Shown here: piece after piece, positions 20,708-29,971 of the stretch
Layout: each line of letters starts with the position of its first letter
Numbering within the stretch: position 1 is the first letter of the stretch
Assembly: GCA_965208835.1 (NCBI GenBank)
Contig: OZ242358.1
Span: 2,208,001-2,272,000 of the forward strand
Length of the DNA: 64,000 bases
Reading direction: 5' to 3'
Origin: Candidatus Latescibacterota bacterium
Lineage (GTDB): Bacteria > Latescibacterota > UBA2968 > GCA-2709665
Program-made: the position numbers and the translations under genes
Notes under the pieces: generated by a model
The model's input: the letters and a program-made list of their open reading frames with translations, nothing else
Database searches by the model: none
Told to the model about the DNA's origin: nothing

Positions 20708-22069
20708 ATGGAAACGAGAGACATCAGGATCTTTGTGGCCGACGACGAATACCACATATGTGAGGGGCTCAAGGAGTCGCTGACTAACGAGGGGTATTCG
20801 GTCGACGTCGCCTACGACGGGGCGGAGGCGGCTGAACATCTGAAAGCGCGGGTTTACCACGCGGCCATACTGGATCTCAAGATGCCGGGTATCGATGGCA
20901 TAACCCTGTTGAAGCGGCTGAAGAAGACAAGCCCCGATACCGGTGTCATCATCATCACAGCCTTTGGCGAGGTCTCGACGGCGGTAGATGCCATGCGACT
21001 GGGCGCGTATGATTACCTGGCGAAGCCGGTGGACCTCAAGCGGCTTCACCTGTCTCTGCGACGCCTCCTGGAGCATCAGGCCCTGGTTGCCGAGAACAAG
21101 GAGCTCCGGGCCTGGCTGGGTTCGACGGAGACCTTCGGCCAGATCGTGAACCGGAGCGCCGCCATGCAACAGGTCTGCGAGACGCTGGCGCAGGCGGCGA
21201 TAACGGATGTGCCGGTACTGGTGATGGGTGAAACCGGCACGGGCAAGGAGCTTGTCGCCCGGGCTGTCCACCAGCGAAGCCGCCGCCGCAAGGGGCCGCT
21301 CGTGGCCGTGAATTGCGGGGCCGTTCCCGAAACATTGTTCGAGCGAGAGTTGTTCGGCCACATCAGGGGTGCGTTTACGGGCGCACACGCCGACAAGCCG
21401 GGACGCTTCGCCGCTGCCGAGGGCGGCACATTGTTCCTCGATGAAGTCGGCGAGATTCCAGTGGCGAATCAGGTGGACCTCCTGCGCGTCCTGGAGGAAA
21501 AGGTATACACCCCCGTAGGCAGCAACGTTTCGAGGAAGGCGGATGTCCGGATCATCTTTGCCACGAACAGAAACCTGGATCTGGAAGTCAGGGAGGGTCG
21601 ATTCCGGGAAGATCTGTTTTACCGGATCAACGTCGTTCCCATCCGGCTGCCGCAGTTGAAGGATCGCAAGGAGGATATTCCCCTGCTTGTGGAGACCTTT
21701 GTGGATGAACTCTGCACGATTCATCAAAAATCCAGGAAACAGTTCACCCCCGATGCGATGCGGATGATACTGGATTACGCCTGGCCGGGAAACGTTCGGG
21801 AGCTGAAAAATGCGGTGGAGCGTATCGTGGTAACGTGTCCGGAAACCCGGGTCGGTCCCAAACGGCTACCCACCGCCATCCGCGCCACCGCACCGGTACA
21901 GAGAGATCTTGTAATTCCATTGAATTCGTCACTCGAGGAAATGGAACGCCGGTTAATCGAAAACACGCTGACGCACGTGACCTCCAACCGGAAGGAGGCC
22001 GCCCGAATTCTGGGTATCAGCGTGCGCGCGCTGCATTACAAGATCAAGAAGTACAGCCTGGGCTCCTGA
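20708..22069 (+). CDS. Sigma54-dependent response regulator (NtrC/AtoC family enhancer-binding protein)
   Basis: Receiver ADDE..LDLKMP..KP; Walker A GETGTGKE; GAFTGA; LFLDEVGE; WPGNVREL; Fis-type HTH. Confidence 0.96.
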   Translation: METRDIRIFVADDEYHICEGLKESLTNEGYSVDVAYDGAEAAEHLKARVYHAAILDLKMPGIDGITLLKRLKKTSPDTGVIIITAFGEVSTAVDAMRLGAYDYLAKPVDLKRLHLSLRRLLEHQALVAENKELRAWLGSTETFGQIVNRSAAMQQVCETLAQAAITDVPVLVMGETGTGKELVARAVHQRSRRRKGPLVAVNCGAVPETLFERELFGHIRGAFTGAHADKPGRFAAAEGGTLFLDEVGEIPVANQVDLLRVLEEKVYTPVGSNVSRKADVRIIFATNRNLDLEVREGRFREDLFYRINVVPIRLPQLKDRKEDIPLLVETFVDELCTIHQKSRKQFTPDAMRMILDYAWPGNVRELKNAVERIVVTCPETRVGPKRLPTAIRATAPVQRDLVIPLNSSLEEMERRLIENTLTHVTSNRKEAARILGISVRALHYKIKKYSLGS

Positions 22070-22073
22070 AAAG

Positions 22074-22259
22074 GAAGCCGCATTGAAATTTCCGGCGGTC
22101 GTCGCGCGGCTGCAAACGCGTCGGGCTGCGTTGGTCAAATCCACCGGTATCGAGAGGTCGAGGCTGCGCTCGCTCGCCTCTCTTGGGTGGATTCGCCCGC
22201 CTGGACCGACACCCTTTCGCTCGCGCTCGGGTAAAAACCGGGAATTATAACGCGGCTTT
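22074..22259 (+). mobile_element. MITE-like family A copy (variant TIRs)
   Basis: Shares GCGCGGCTGCAAA..GCGTTGGTCAAATCCACC and TTTCGCTCGCGCTCGGG with other A copies; ends GAAGCCGCATT / AACGCGGCTTT. Confidence 0.85.
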
Positions 22260-22312
22260 TATTGCGAAAACCGGCAAGATTGGCGCTTTTGGTGCCGCCG
22301 TCGGCGTCACGC

Positions 22313-22358
22313 CGCAAATTTTGCGCAATCCGGGGCCAATCGAGTGCAAATTTTGCGC
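22313..22358. promoter_or_regulatory. Tandem dyad enhancer (upstream activator sequences) for a sigma54 activator
   Basis: GCAAATTTTGCGC at 22314-22326 and 22346-22358, exactly 32 bp apart, about 130-165 bp upstream of the predicted +1. Confidence 0.8.
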
Positions 22359-22455
22359 CATCAGGCGCAGGAGATTGAATGTGTAGCGCCCGGCGATCGG
22401 CATCGTCGGGCGTAAGTTTATTTATAATAATCATCTGTACGTCATGGAATAAAAC

Positions 22456-22471
22456 TGGCATTAAAGTTGCT
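22456..22471 (+). promoter_or_regulatory. Sigma54 (-24/-12) promoter
   Basis: TGGCATTAAAGTTGCT matches TGGCAC-N5-TTGCW with exact GG-N10-GC spacing; AT-rich tract at 22413-22436 upstream. Confidence 0.88.
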
Positions 22472-22700
22472 TATAGTATAGAGCGACGATTCCATCGAAT
22501 TCGCTGATACGTGTGGAATTCGTTGGATACAGGCGTTTTCGGGTGTGATTCAATGGCAGGATGTCAGGTTGGCAGCCGGGGTTTCACCGGGCATTCTGCA
22601 AAAATTGCATTTCAAGAGCGACTGGATTCGGGAATTCGGCACAATTGAAACCAAACGCACATCCGGTTGGAGCGGGAACGGGGTAAACCCGGAGACAGGC

Positions 22701-23249
22701 ATGGCGTTGACAAAGTTCCATTATAGCAGTGAATGGGAAACGGACTTGAGCGGTGTGGTGGGTTTCCACCCGGCGACGATGGTCCGGAACCTTGAGCCCC
22801 GGGATCGGATGGGCGCAATCAAGGCGCTCGTGAACCGTCTGCACGGCTCGGGTTACGTGACCGACAGTTTGCGATTCCTGCAATCAGTTCTCGACAGGGA
22901 AGACCTTGAGAGTACCGCGGTCGGAAACGGGATCGCGTTTCCCCACGCACGTTGTGGCTCTGCCGCGCATCTCGGTATGGCGTTGGGCATTTCAACCCGT
23001 GGTGTGGACTTTCACTCGGATGTGCATCCCGAGCCGGTTCGACTCATATGCCTCGTGGCCGTGCCCGCGGAGGGCGATATCAGATATCTGCCCCTTCTGG
23101 GCTATCTGTGCCGGCTTTTCCATGAGGAATTTACCGAAACTTTCCTCGAGTCCCGTACTACAGAGGAAATGAACCGCCTTCTGCTGCGGCAGATGCGCCT
23201 GCACGGGGCTCTGCCGGAGGCGTGCATGGCGCACGCTCCGGCGACCTAG
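22701..23249 (+). CDS. PTS EIIA-domain protein (Fru/Ntr type), stand-alone
   Basis: REDLESTAVGNGIAFPHAR with the phospho-His, GVDF, PVRLI; GGAG RBS before ATG 22701. Confidence 0.88.
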   Translation: MALTKFHYSSEWETDLSGVVGFHPATMVRNLEPRDRMGAIKALVNRLHGSGYVTDSLRFLQSVLDREDLESTAVGNGIAFPHARCGSAAHLGMALGISTRGVDFHSDVHPEPVRLICLVAVPAEGDIRYLPLLGYLCRLFHEEFTETFLESRTTEEMNRLLLRQMRLHGALPEACMAHAPAT

Positions 23250-23410
23250 AAGCTGTCTTAAAATTCCCAGCGGTCTTCGCGCGGCTGCAAAAGCGCCGGT
23301 CGGCGTTGGTCAAATCCACCCGTATAGGCAAATATGGGCGGATTCTCCCGCCTTGACCGCCACTTTTTCGCTCGCGCTCGGGAACTCACCGGCAATTTCA
23401 AAACAGCTTC
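23249..23410 (+). mobile_element. MITE-like family A copy
   Basis: TIRs GAAGCTGTCTTAAAATT / AATTTCAAAACAGCTTC flanked by CTA / TTA; overlaps the stop codon of the PTS gene. Confidence 0.9.
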
Positions 23411-23452
23411 TTAGACACGCAAACGCACACTGATTTTCCGGAGGTTAGACAC

Positions 23453-24304
23453 GTGGCTGGAATAATGATTCAGGACAGCGAGTCTCTGGACCTCTATCTC
23501 AGGGATATCGCTTCTTCGGAGCCGCTTAACGCCGAGACCGAGATCGCACTCGCGCATCGGATCCGAAAGGGAGACCAGAAGGCCAGAGACAGGCTGGTTG
23601 CTTCGAATCTTCGTTTCGTGGTCAGCGTCGCAAGGGAATACCAGAACCACGGCGTGCCGTTGGCCGATCTCATCAGCGCGGGAAACATGGGTCTGATGAC
23701 GGCCGCCGAACGATTTGACGGGACGCGGGGGTTCAAGTTCATATCCTACGCGGTCTGGTGGATCCGCCAGGCCATACATCAAAGTCTGGCGCAGGATTCG
23801 CGAGTGGTGAGGTTGCCCATCAACCGTATCGACCTGTTGCACAACATCGCGAAGGTCTCGCGGGAGATACGACAGACGGAAGAGGCCGACCCGGATCCTG
23901 AGACGATTGCAGAGAAGCTCGGCGTTTCCGTGGATATGGTACAGGATACGCTTCTGAGAGCACGGGATGTCTGGTCGCTCGATGCATCTTTCAAAGACGA
24001 CGACGACCACAGCCTGCTGCATATCCTGCCGGACAGCTCTCAAAAAGCGCCGGACCTCGAAGTGGTCGACGAGTCGGTCAAGGACCAGGTGAAGATGGTC
24101 CTTGAAACGCTCGACGCTCGTGAAGCGGAAGTGTTGCGGCTCTATTTCGGGCTGGGTGACGAAGAAGCGATGACGTTGGAGGAAATCGGCACCCGGTTCA
24201 GCCTTACCCGGGAACGGGTCCGACAAATCAAGGAAAAGGCCCTACGGCGACTGCGGCATCCGCGGCGACGGCTGCAGCTGGAGCCGTTGATGGAGTCTGC
24301 ATAA
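23453..24304 (+). CDS. RNA polymerase sigma factor, RpoD/SigA family (no region 1.1)
   Basis: LDLYLRDI, SNLRFVVSVA, DLISAGNMGL, FKFISYAVWWIRQAI, TLEEIG..LTRERVRQIKEKAL; GGAGG RBS. Confidence 0.95.
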   Translation: MAGIMIQDSESLDLYLRDIASSEPLNAETEIALAHRIRKGDQKARDRLVASNLRFVVSVAREYQNHGVPLADLISAGNMGLMTAAERFDGTRGFKFISYAVWWIRQAIHQSLAQDSRVVRLPINRIDLLHNIAKVSREIRQTEEADPDPETIAEKLGVSVDMVQDTLLRARDVWSLDASFKDDDDHSLLHILPDSSQKAPDLEVVDESVKDQVKMVLETLDAREAEVLRLYFGLGDEEAMTLEEIGTRFSLTRERVRQIKEKALRRLRHPRRRLQLEPLMESA

Positions 24305-24373
24305 ATGCAATCGCCGGGGTCGTAAGTTTTCCTTACCGGCCGCCGGAACACGAAGACTCCTGGAGCGGAAATC

Positions 24374-24412
24374 ACGGGTTGGAGACGAAAAATGGTCTCC
24401 GCCCGTTTTTTT
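24374..24412 (+). terminator. Intrinsic terminator after the sigma gene
   Basis: ACGGGTTGGAGAC-loop-GTCTCCGCCCGT followed by a T run. Confidence 0.7.
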
Positions 24413-24554
24413 GTCTGTTCCTGACGCCTGCCCGCTAACAGTATCGGTGTCGGGAACCTCGACATGAATCCGGTTTCAGCCTGTCTCGTGGCGGCAATTC
24501 AACGGATAAATTGATGAAAGAGCCGTCTTTTTGCTTCATTCGGTATCGGCGCAC

Positions 24555-24584
24555 TTGACAAAATCCCACAATCGGGCCTATATT
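24555..24584 (+). promoter_or_regulatory. Sigma70-type promoter of HU
   Basis: TTGACA-18 nt-TATATT. Confidence 0.6.
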
Positions 24585-24616
24585 CAGGGCAAATTCCAGA
24601 AAGGGGGTGAATTGCC

Positions 24617-24892
24617 ATGTCGAACAGGACCGATCTAGTCGATGCCATCGCAAATCAGGCCGGTCTGTCAAAAAGGAATGCGGAAGCCGCACTGCGGGTC
24701 GTTCTGAACGAAATCGCCGATTCGCTCAAGAGTGGCGATCGCGTCGCCATTTCCGGGTTCGGGACGTTTTCGGTCGGATCCAGAGCCGCGCGTACCGGTC
24801 GAAATCCTCAGACGGGTGAGACAATTCAGATATCCGCGGGTAAGACCGTTCGCTTCAAAGCTGGCAAGGCGCTTAAGGACGCTGTCAATTAG
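24617..24892 (+). CDS. hup: HU family DNA-binding protein
   Basis: GFGTFSV, ARTGRNPQTGETIQI, FKAGKALKDAVN. Confidence 0.96.
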   Translation: MSNRTDLVDAIANQAGLSKRNAEAALRVVLNEIADSLKSGDRVAISGFGTFSVGSRAARTGRNPQTGETIQISAGKTVRFKAGKALKDAVN

Positions 24893-24917
24893 CCGACAAT
24901 TCGTCATTTCCTGAATT

Positions 24918-24954
24918 AGAGCCTCGAGAGCAACACATGTTCGGGGCTTTTTTT
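24918..24954 (+). terminator. Intrinsic terminator after HU
   Basis: AGAGCCTCGA...TCGGGGCTTT followed by a T run. Confidence 0.7.
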
Positions 24955-24955
24955 C

Positions 24956-24984
24956 TTGACAGCGAGGGCTCCTGGAAATATACT
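24956..24984 (+). promoter_or_regulatory. Sigma70-type promoter
   Basis: TTGACA-17 nt-TATACT. Confidence 0.7.
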
Positions 24985-25036
24985 GTTTCGCGCGTCGCAG
25001 GGTGCATTCAACAATGACGCATTTATGGAGACAGCG

Positions 25037-25555
25037 ATGAATCGGCGAACGATGTTCGCATTACTGACGGTGTGTGCGGGGTTGACGTTCGGCTGCAGCG
25101 ACCGCTTGGAGCAGATGCAGGCGCAGCTTGCAGGCAAGTGGGAATTGGAGTCACGAACGCTGCCCGACGGCACGGTGCTTCGAAAACCCGAGGTCTCGGG
25201 GGTGTTCTCGTGGCAACCGATCGATTCCAGAAAAGCCCACGTAACGTTGAATATGCTGGTGAACTCGGGCGGCGAAAAACCCAGAACATACGATTTTGCC
25301 GCAAGCAAGTACGAGATTTCCACCTCGGCAATTACCCGTTCCAGGTATCTGCTCATCCGGCAGGGCTACCGCTCCTCTTTCGACGCGCCAATCACGGTTT
25401 ATCATAAGGCCAAGGTCGAAAAGGGCAAAATCACGCTGGAAGACGGGCTGATTCGCATCACGCACGAGCGGGGGTACAGCGAGGAGTTCCGGGGCGATCA
25501 GATGGTCGCGTCGTTCCCCGACGTATTTGTGGATAACTGGAAGCGAGTGCGCTGA
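25037..25555 (+). CDS. Putative lipoprotein (lipocalin-like GxW motif)
   Basis: MNRR signal with lipobox LTFGC; LAGKWELES; GGAG RBS. Confidence 0.65.
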   Translation: MNRRTMFALLTVCAGLTFGCSDRLEQMQAQLAGKWELESRTLPDGTVLRKPEVSGVFSWQPIDSRKAHVTLNMLVNSGGEKPRTYDFAASKYEISTSAITRSRYLLIRQGYRSSFDAPITVYHKAKVEKGKITLEDGLIRITHERGYSEEFRGDQMVASFPDVFVDNWKRVR

Positions 25556-25652
25556 AACCGTAGCTAATGTATGGCGAGCCGTCCTGAAATCCCGCAAGGG
25601 GTGCAGTATTCTGATGAGCCGACGTCGTCAGAATCGCCGTGGACCCCGATTG

Positions 25653-25687
25653 AAAGAGGCCGGACAATTCTCCGAGCCTTTTTTTTG
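25653..25687 (+). terminator. Intrinsic terminator
   Basis: AAAGAGGCCGGA-caattc-TCCGAGCC followed by T8. Confidence 0.65.
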
Positions 25688-25824
25688 TCCTTGTCCCGAT
25701 CACGGCAGAGATCTCATAGGCCTGTTGTCGGACCCCCTGCCTCTTTCCCCGAAGCCGGGAGAGATTCCGTTCCTTCAGGAACAGATGATGTCACTTGGGC
25801 CTGCCGGCTTCCTGGTGTACTTTG

Positions 25825-25878
25825 GAAGGTGTTTTAAATTACCGGTGAGTTTCCGAGCCCGCGCGAAACAGTGGCGCT
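25825..25878 (-). mobile_element. MITE-like family A, partial degenerate copy
   Basis: GAAGGTGTTTTAAATTACCGGTGAGTTTCCGAGCCCGCGCGAAACAGTGGCG resembles the reverse complement of the right end of the 40802 copy. Confidence 0.75.
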
Positions 25879-25910
25879 TATGAAGAGCGAGAGCCGCAAG
25901 GAGACACACT

Positions 25911-27332
25911 ATGGGCAGGTTTTTTGAGCCGCTGAAAAAATTCGAAATCAGAAAGATGCCGGAGCGGAAACCGTCCTTCTGGAAACTGGCCGGCCCGGGC
26001 GCAATTCTGGTAGGCCTTTCCATCGGCGCGGGTGAGATCGTAATCTGGCCGCGCATCGTGGCCGAATACGGAGCCGGTATGGTGTGGGCGGCCTGCCTGG
26101 GCATATTTCTCCAACTCTGGATCAACTTCGAAGTGGGACGCTGGACGGTCGCCACCGGTGAAACGGTATATACGGGATACAGCCGGGTGTGGCGCGGATT
26201 TGCGCCTGTATTCATTCTGTTGACGATCTTCAGCTGGATCGCACCGGGGTGGGGGCGGGCATCCGGACTGGCCTTGAAGGCACTTCTGGCGGGACCGCAC
26301 GGATGGGGTTCGGATACGTTCTGGACGATCATCACCTTTGCGGGTGTGGCTCTGATTCTCTTCGGTCCGAAGTTGATCTACCAGTCCGTCGAGCGGAGTA
26401 TCGAACTTCTCGTTGTGGTGGTAACCGTCGGCCTGATCGCGGTCGCGTACGCAGTCGGATCGGCAGAGACGTGGGCAACGCTGGGAAGAGGTATTGCCAA
26501 TATCGGTTACATCGATCCTGGAATGAGTGTAAAGTCGATGTTTATCGCACTTGTATTCGCCGGCGCCGGAGGTACGGCGAATTTATTCTATACGTTTTAC
26601 CTGCGCGACAAGCATGTCGGTATGGGCGCGCATCTGCCCCAGATGCGGAATCCGCTTCGAGGTCGGACCGAAGCCATGCCCTCGACCGGATTCCGTTTTG
26701 AGGAGACAGAAGAGAACATCGGTCGTTTCAGAAGCTGGTTCGACTACGTGAAGAAGGATCAGATGCTGTTTTTCTGGGCCCTGAATTCCGTAACCATTCT
26801 GCTCTTCATCTTTGGTGCGCTTGCGGTATTGCACCCCAACGGAATCGTACCTGCGAGGGGTACGCTGATCTGGGACGAAGCGGCGGTTCTGGCAACGGTC
26901 TGGGGGGAGACGGGCAGGTATGTCTTCCTGATTGTGGGACTGGCCACACTCTTCAGTACTCAACTCGCTCTAGTCGACGGGGTGTCGCGATCGATCGCCG
27001 ACATCATCTACACCAATTTCAAAATGGCGCGAAGGCGGGACTTGAGCTGGTGGTATCTTGTCGTTGCGGCTACATGGATTGTAGCCGGTTGCGTGATCAC
27101 TTACGTGATGGAAGCCCGTGGCGTGAGCGAATTGGGATTTCTGTTCAACGCGGCATATATCGGCGGATTCGCGATGGCGCTCTACACGCCCCTGACGCTC
27201 TATATCAACCATCGTCATCTGCCCGCGGCCGCACGTCCCGGATGGCTGTGTACAGGTATGATGTCGATTGCTTCGCTGATATACATCGCCTTTGCCGTGG
27301 CGTGTGTGATCTGGGAGTTCGGGCGGTTCTGA
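25911..27332 (+). CDS. Nramp-like / APC-superfamily secondary transporter
   Basis: About 11 hydrophobic segments; GPGAIL..SIGAGE; RWTVATGET; LFSTQL..DGVSR. Confidence 0.8.
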   Translation: MGRFFEPLKKFEIRKMPERKPSFWKLAGPGAILVGLSIGAGEIVIWPRIVAEYGAGMVWAACLGIFLQLWINFEVGRWTVATGETVYTGYSRVWRGFAPVFILLTIFSWIAPGWGRASGLALKALLAGPHGWGSDTFWTIITFAGVALILFGPKLIYQSVERSIELLVVVVTVGLIAVAYAVGSAETWATLGRGIANIGYIDPGMSVKSMFIALVFAGAGGTANLFYTFYLRDKHVGMGAHLPQMRNPLRGRTEAMPSTGFRFEETEENIGRFRSWFDYVKKDQMLFFWALNSVTILLFIFGALAVLHPNGIVPARGTLIWDEAAVLATVWGETGRYVFLIVGLATLFSTQLALVDGVSRSIADIIYTNFKMARRRDLSWWYLVVAATWIVAGCVITYVMEARGVSELGFLFNAAYIGGFAMALYTPLTLYINHRHLPAAARPGWLCTGMMSIASLIYIAFAVACVIWEFGRF

Positions 27333-27359
27333 GTCATATCGCATGAGAGGGCGTTCATC

Positions 27360-28442
27360 ATGTCCTTTGACGGTGAATTCTTCCGCGTGGCGCTGACCGC
27401 CGATTTTTACGATTCCGAGGGGGTGTGCAAGTTCAAGGATATGGGACTGGCGGCATTCGACAACCATGCCCACATCAAAACCTCGGTATTCGATGGGCAT
27501 CGGACGGAGATCGGCGTCGACCAGGTAGCGGACGTGCAGGGCGTCTTGGTACTGACGCCGGCGGTGACCGCCGAGACCGTGTCCGCTTCGGAAGATCTGC
27601 TGGCCATCGGGCGCTTCGGTGTGGGGTACGATTCCGTGGACGTCGGAGCCTGCACCGAAGCCGACGTCGTCGTGCTCATTACGTCCGGCGCGGTCGACCG
27701 TTCCGTGGCCGAGGCTACCGTGGGATGGATGATTGCGTTGACTCACCACATGCGCGTCAAGGACCGCCTGGTGCGTACCGGGGAGTGGGATGCGCGAACC
27801 GGATATATGGGAAGTGAGCTGAGAGACCGGACGTTCGGGGCCGTGGGGCTGGGGGGAATTGCGCGGGAGACGGTGCGGCTGCTGGGTACGTTCGGAATGA
27901 ATCCGCCCCTGGCATTCGACCCTTACGTGGACCCGGGCGAGGCGGGAAGACTGGGGGTGGCTCTGGTGTCGCTTCAGGAGTTGATGGCGGCGTCGGACTT
28001 CGTGTCGGTCCACTGTCCGTTGACCCGGGAGACGGAGGGGCTGATCGGCAGGCGGGAACTGTCCGCGATGAAACGCGGCGCTTTTCTGATCAACACCGCG
28101 AGGGGCGGCATCGTGGATGAGGATGCACTGTACGACGCCCTGGAGTCCGGCGGAATAGGCGGCGCCGCGGTGGATTGTTTCGAGGTGGAGCCGGTGGTGG
28201 AACCGCAACGGTTCGGCAAATTTGACAACGTCCTGCTGGCGCCGCATTCGGTGGCCTGGACGGATGAGCTGTTCCGTGACATCGGACTGGCGGCCTGCCG
28301 GAGCATGGTGGATCTGTCACTCGGGACGCTCCCCAGGGGCGTGGTCAATCCGGAGGTACTCGACCGCCAGGGATTTCAGGAGAAGTGGGCGCGGCTCCGA
28401 CGTCGACGGGACCGCGGCGCGTCAGGAAGCCGCACGGCTTGA
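27360..28442 (+). CDS. D-isomer-specific 2-hydroxyacid dehydrogenase
   Basis: GVGYDSVD, GLGGIA, VHCPLT, INTARGGIVDE, LAPHS. Confidence 0.92.
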   Translation: MSFDGEFFRVALTADFYDSEGVCKFKDMGLAAFDNHAHIKTSVFDGHRTEIGVDQVADVQGVLVLTPAVTAETVSASEDLLAIGRFGVGYDSVDVGACTEADVVVLITSGAVDRSVAEATVGWMIALTHHMRVKDRLVRTGEWDARTGYMGSELRDRTFGAVGLGGIARETVRLLGTFGMNPPLAFDPYVDPGEAGRLGVALVSLQELMAASDFVSVHCPLTRETEGLIGRRELSAMKRGAFLINTARGGIVDEDALYDALESGGIGGAAVDCFEVEPVVEPQRFGKFDNVLLAPHSVAWTDELFRDIGLAACRSMVDLSLGTLPRGVVNPEVLDRQGFQEKWARLRRRRDRGASGSRTA

Positions 28443-28491
28443 AGAGGGGGCGTTCGAGCCGCAAGCAGGTGTCGCAAAAGGGGGGTTATCC

Positions 28492-29967
28492 GTGGCTGAA
28501 GTAATCAGGACTCATCCGGAAAACAGAAAGGTCTTCGACTATCGCGGCAGGGCCCTGGTGCTGCTTTGTGCGACCGAGCATTATGGTGCGGTGATCAACC
28601 GGCCGTTCCGGTTCGAACGGTATCTGAAGGACGCGGCTGAGCGCGGGCAGACGCTGACACGTTTGTTCACGCTGTTCAGAGAGTTGCAGACGCCTGTAAA
28701 CCCGTACTCGACCTGCAAGCCCGAATCGCCCGACTATGTCGCGCCGTTCGAGCGGACGGGCCCTGGTAACGCGCTGGACGGACAGCCGCAGTTCGATCTT
28801 TCCCGCTGGAATGCCGAGTACTTCGATCGGTTGCATGCATTTCTGTCTCTTTCGGAGTCGTATGGCATCATCGTGGAGGTGGTACTCTTCAGCAATACCT
28901 ACAAGGACGAGGTCTGGGCGCTCAATCCGCTGAATCCCGCCAACAACATAACAATGGAAACCCCGGATCAGCCGGTACCCTGGCAGGAGTATATGACGTG
29001 CCGCCGGACGGAGCTGCTGGAGTGGCAGCGCGCGCACGTGCGGCGCATCGTGGAGGAAACCAACCGGTACGGGAACGTCATTTACGAAATCTGCAACGAA
29101 CCGTGTCATTTTCCCGTAACGGACGGCATGCCGGGAGCCGAGGAGGTGAACGGCTGGCAGGCGCAGTTCATTGCGCAGATCCGCGAGATTGAGAGCGGGA
29201 TGCCGAACCGGCACCTGATCGCCGGTCAGGAAGCGATGACGATCAGACCGTTCGATCAGCCCTCCGACGGATCGTTCGAGACAATGGATTTCGACGTCGT
29301 AAATATCCATCCGCTTCCGAATACCCTTTGCGATGGTCGAAGTTATGATCTCGGGGACTTCATGTCCAAGCAGCTCAAGTTGAGGCCGTTGCGTGACTTT
29401 ACCCTCGCCGCATACGGACGACCGAAACCGCTGAATCACGACGAGGACAATATCGCAACGCAGTACAAGGAAGAGGAAGGATGGACGGTGCACCGCAAGC
29501 GGGCCTGGACAGCGCTGTTTTCCGGGGCCCATTACGATATGATCGACTTCTCCATCCTGCCGTACCTCGAAACGGGAACGCCCGACTCCCGAAACGGGAT
29601 TCGACAGTGGATGGGCAATTTGTCCGGGTTCATCCATTCCGTCGATCTCGCCAGGGCGCGCCCGGTCATGCCGGGGTGGCTTCGGGAACAACCCGACCAT
29701 ACCCTGGAATCGGTGTTCGCGGTCTCGGGCGAAGACTATTGCATCTATCTGGCCGACGCCCGCGAGCGGGAGGAGGCCGGGTGCGGCGATCCGATCCAGG
29801 GCGGGCTCTGTTTCGATCTGCCGCCGGGAGCGTTCGAGATGTCCTGTTTCTCTCCTTCGGACGGCGTTTATTCTCCTCGTACTCCTCTTGGCGGCGGCGA
29901 ATCGCGCCGGGTGTTTCTGCCACCGTTTCGGCACGACATTGTCATACGCGTCACGAAAGTGGAGTAA
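28492..29967 (+). CDS. Clan GH-A-like glycoside hydrolase (cellulase/GH5-like), uncharacterised
   Basis: FDLSRWNAEYFDRL, GIIVEV, YEICNEP acid/base motif, NHDE candidate nucleophile; GTG start. Confidence 0.65.
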   Translation: MAEVIRTHPENRKVFDYRGRALVLLCATEHYGAVINRPFRFERYLKDAAERGQTLTRLFTLFRELQTPVNPYSTCKPESPDYVAPFERTGPGNALDGQPQFDLSRWNAEYFDRLHAFLSLSESYGIIVEVVLFSNTYKDEVWALNPLNPANNITMETPDQPVPWQEYMTCRRTELLEWQRAHVRRIVEETNRYGNVIYEICNEPCHFPVTDGMPGAEEVNGWQAQFIAQIREIESGMPNRHLIAGQEAMTIRPFDQPSDGSFETMDFDVVNIHPLPNTLCDGRSYDLGDFMSKQLKLRPLRDFTLAAYGRPKPLNHDEDNIATQYKEEEGWTVHRKRAWTALFSGAHYDMIDFSILPYLETGTPDSRNGIRQWMGNLSGFIHSVDLARARPVMPGWLREQPDHTLESVFAVSGEDYCIYLADAREREEAGCGDPIQGGLCFDLPPGAFEMSCFSPSDGVYSPRTPLGGGESRRVFLPPFRHDIVIRVTKVE

Positions 29968-29971
29968 CGCA

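Noticed and set aside
25611-25655. Hammerhead ribozyme core (CTGATGAG...GAAA)
   Set aside because: CTGATGA lies within a simple hairpin and no stem II closes onto a GAAA core
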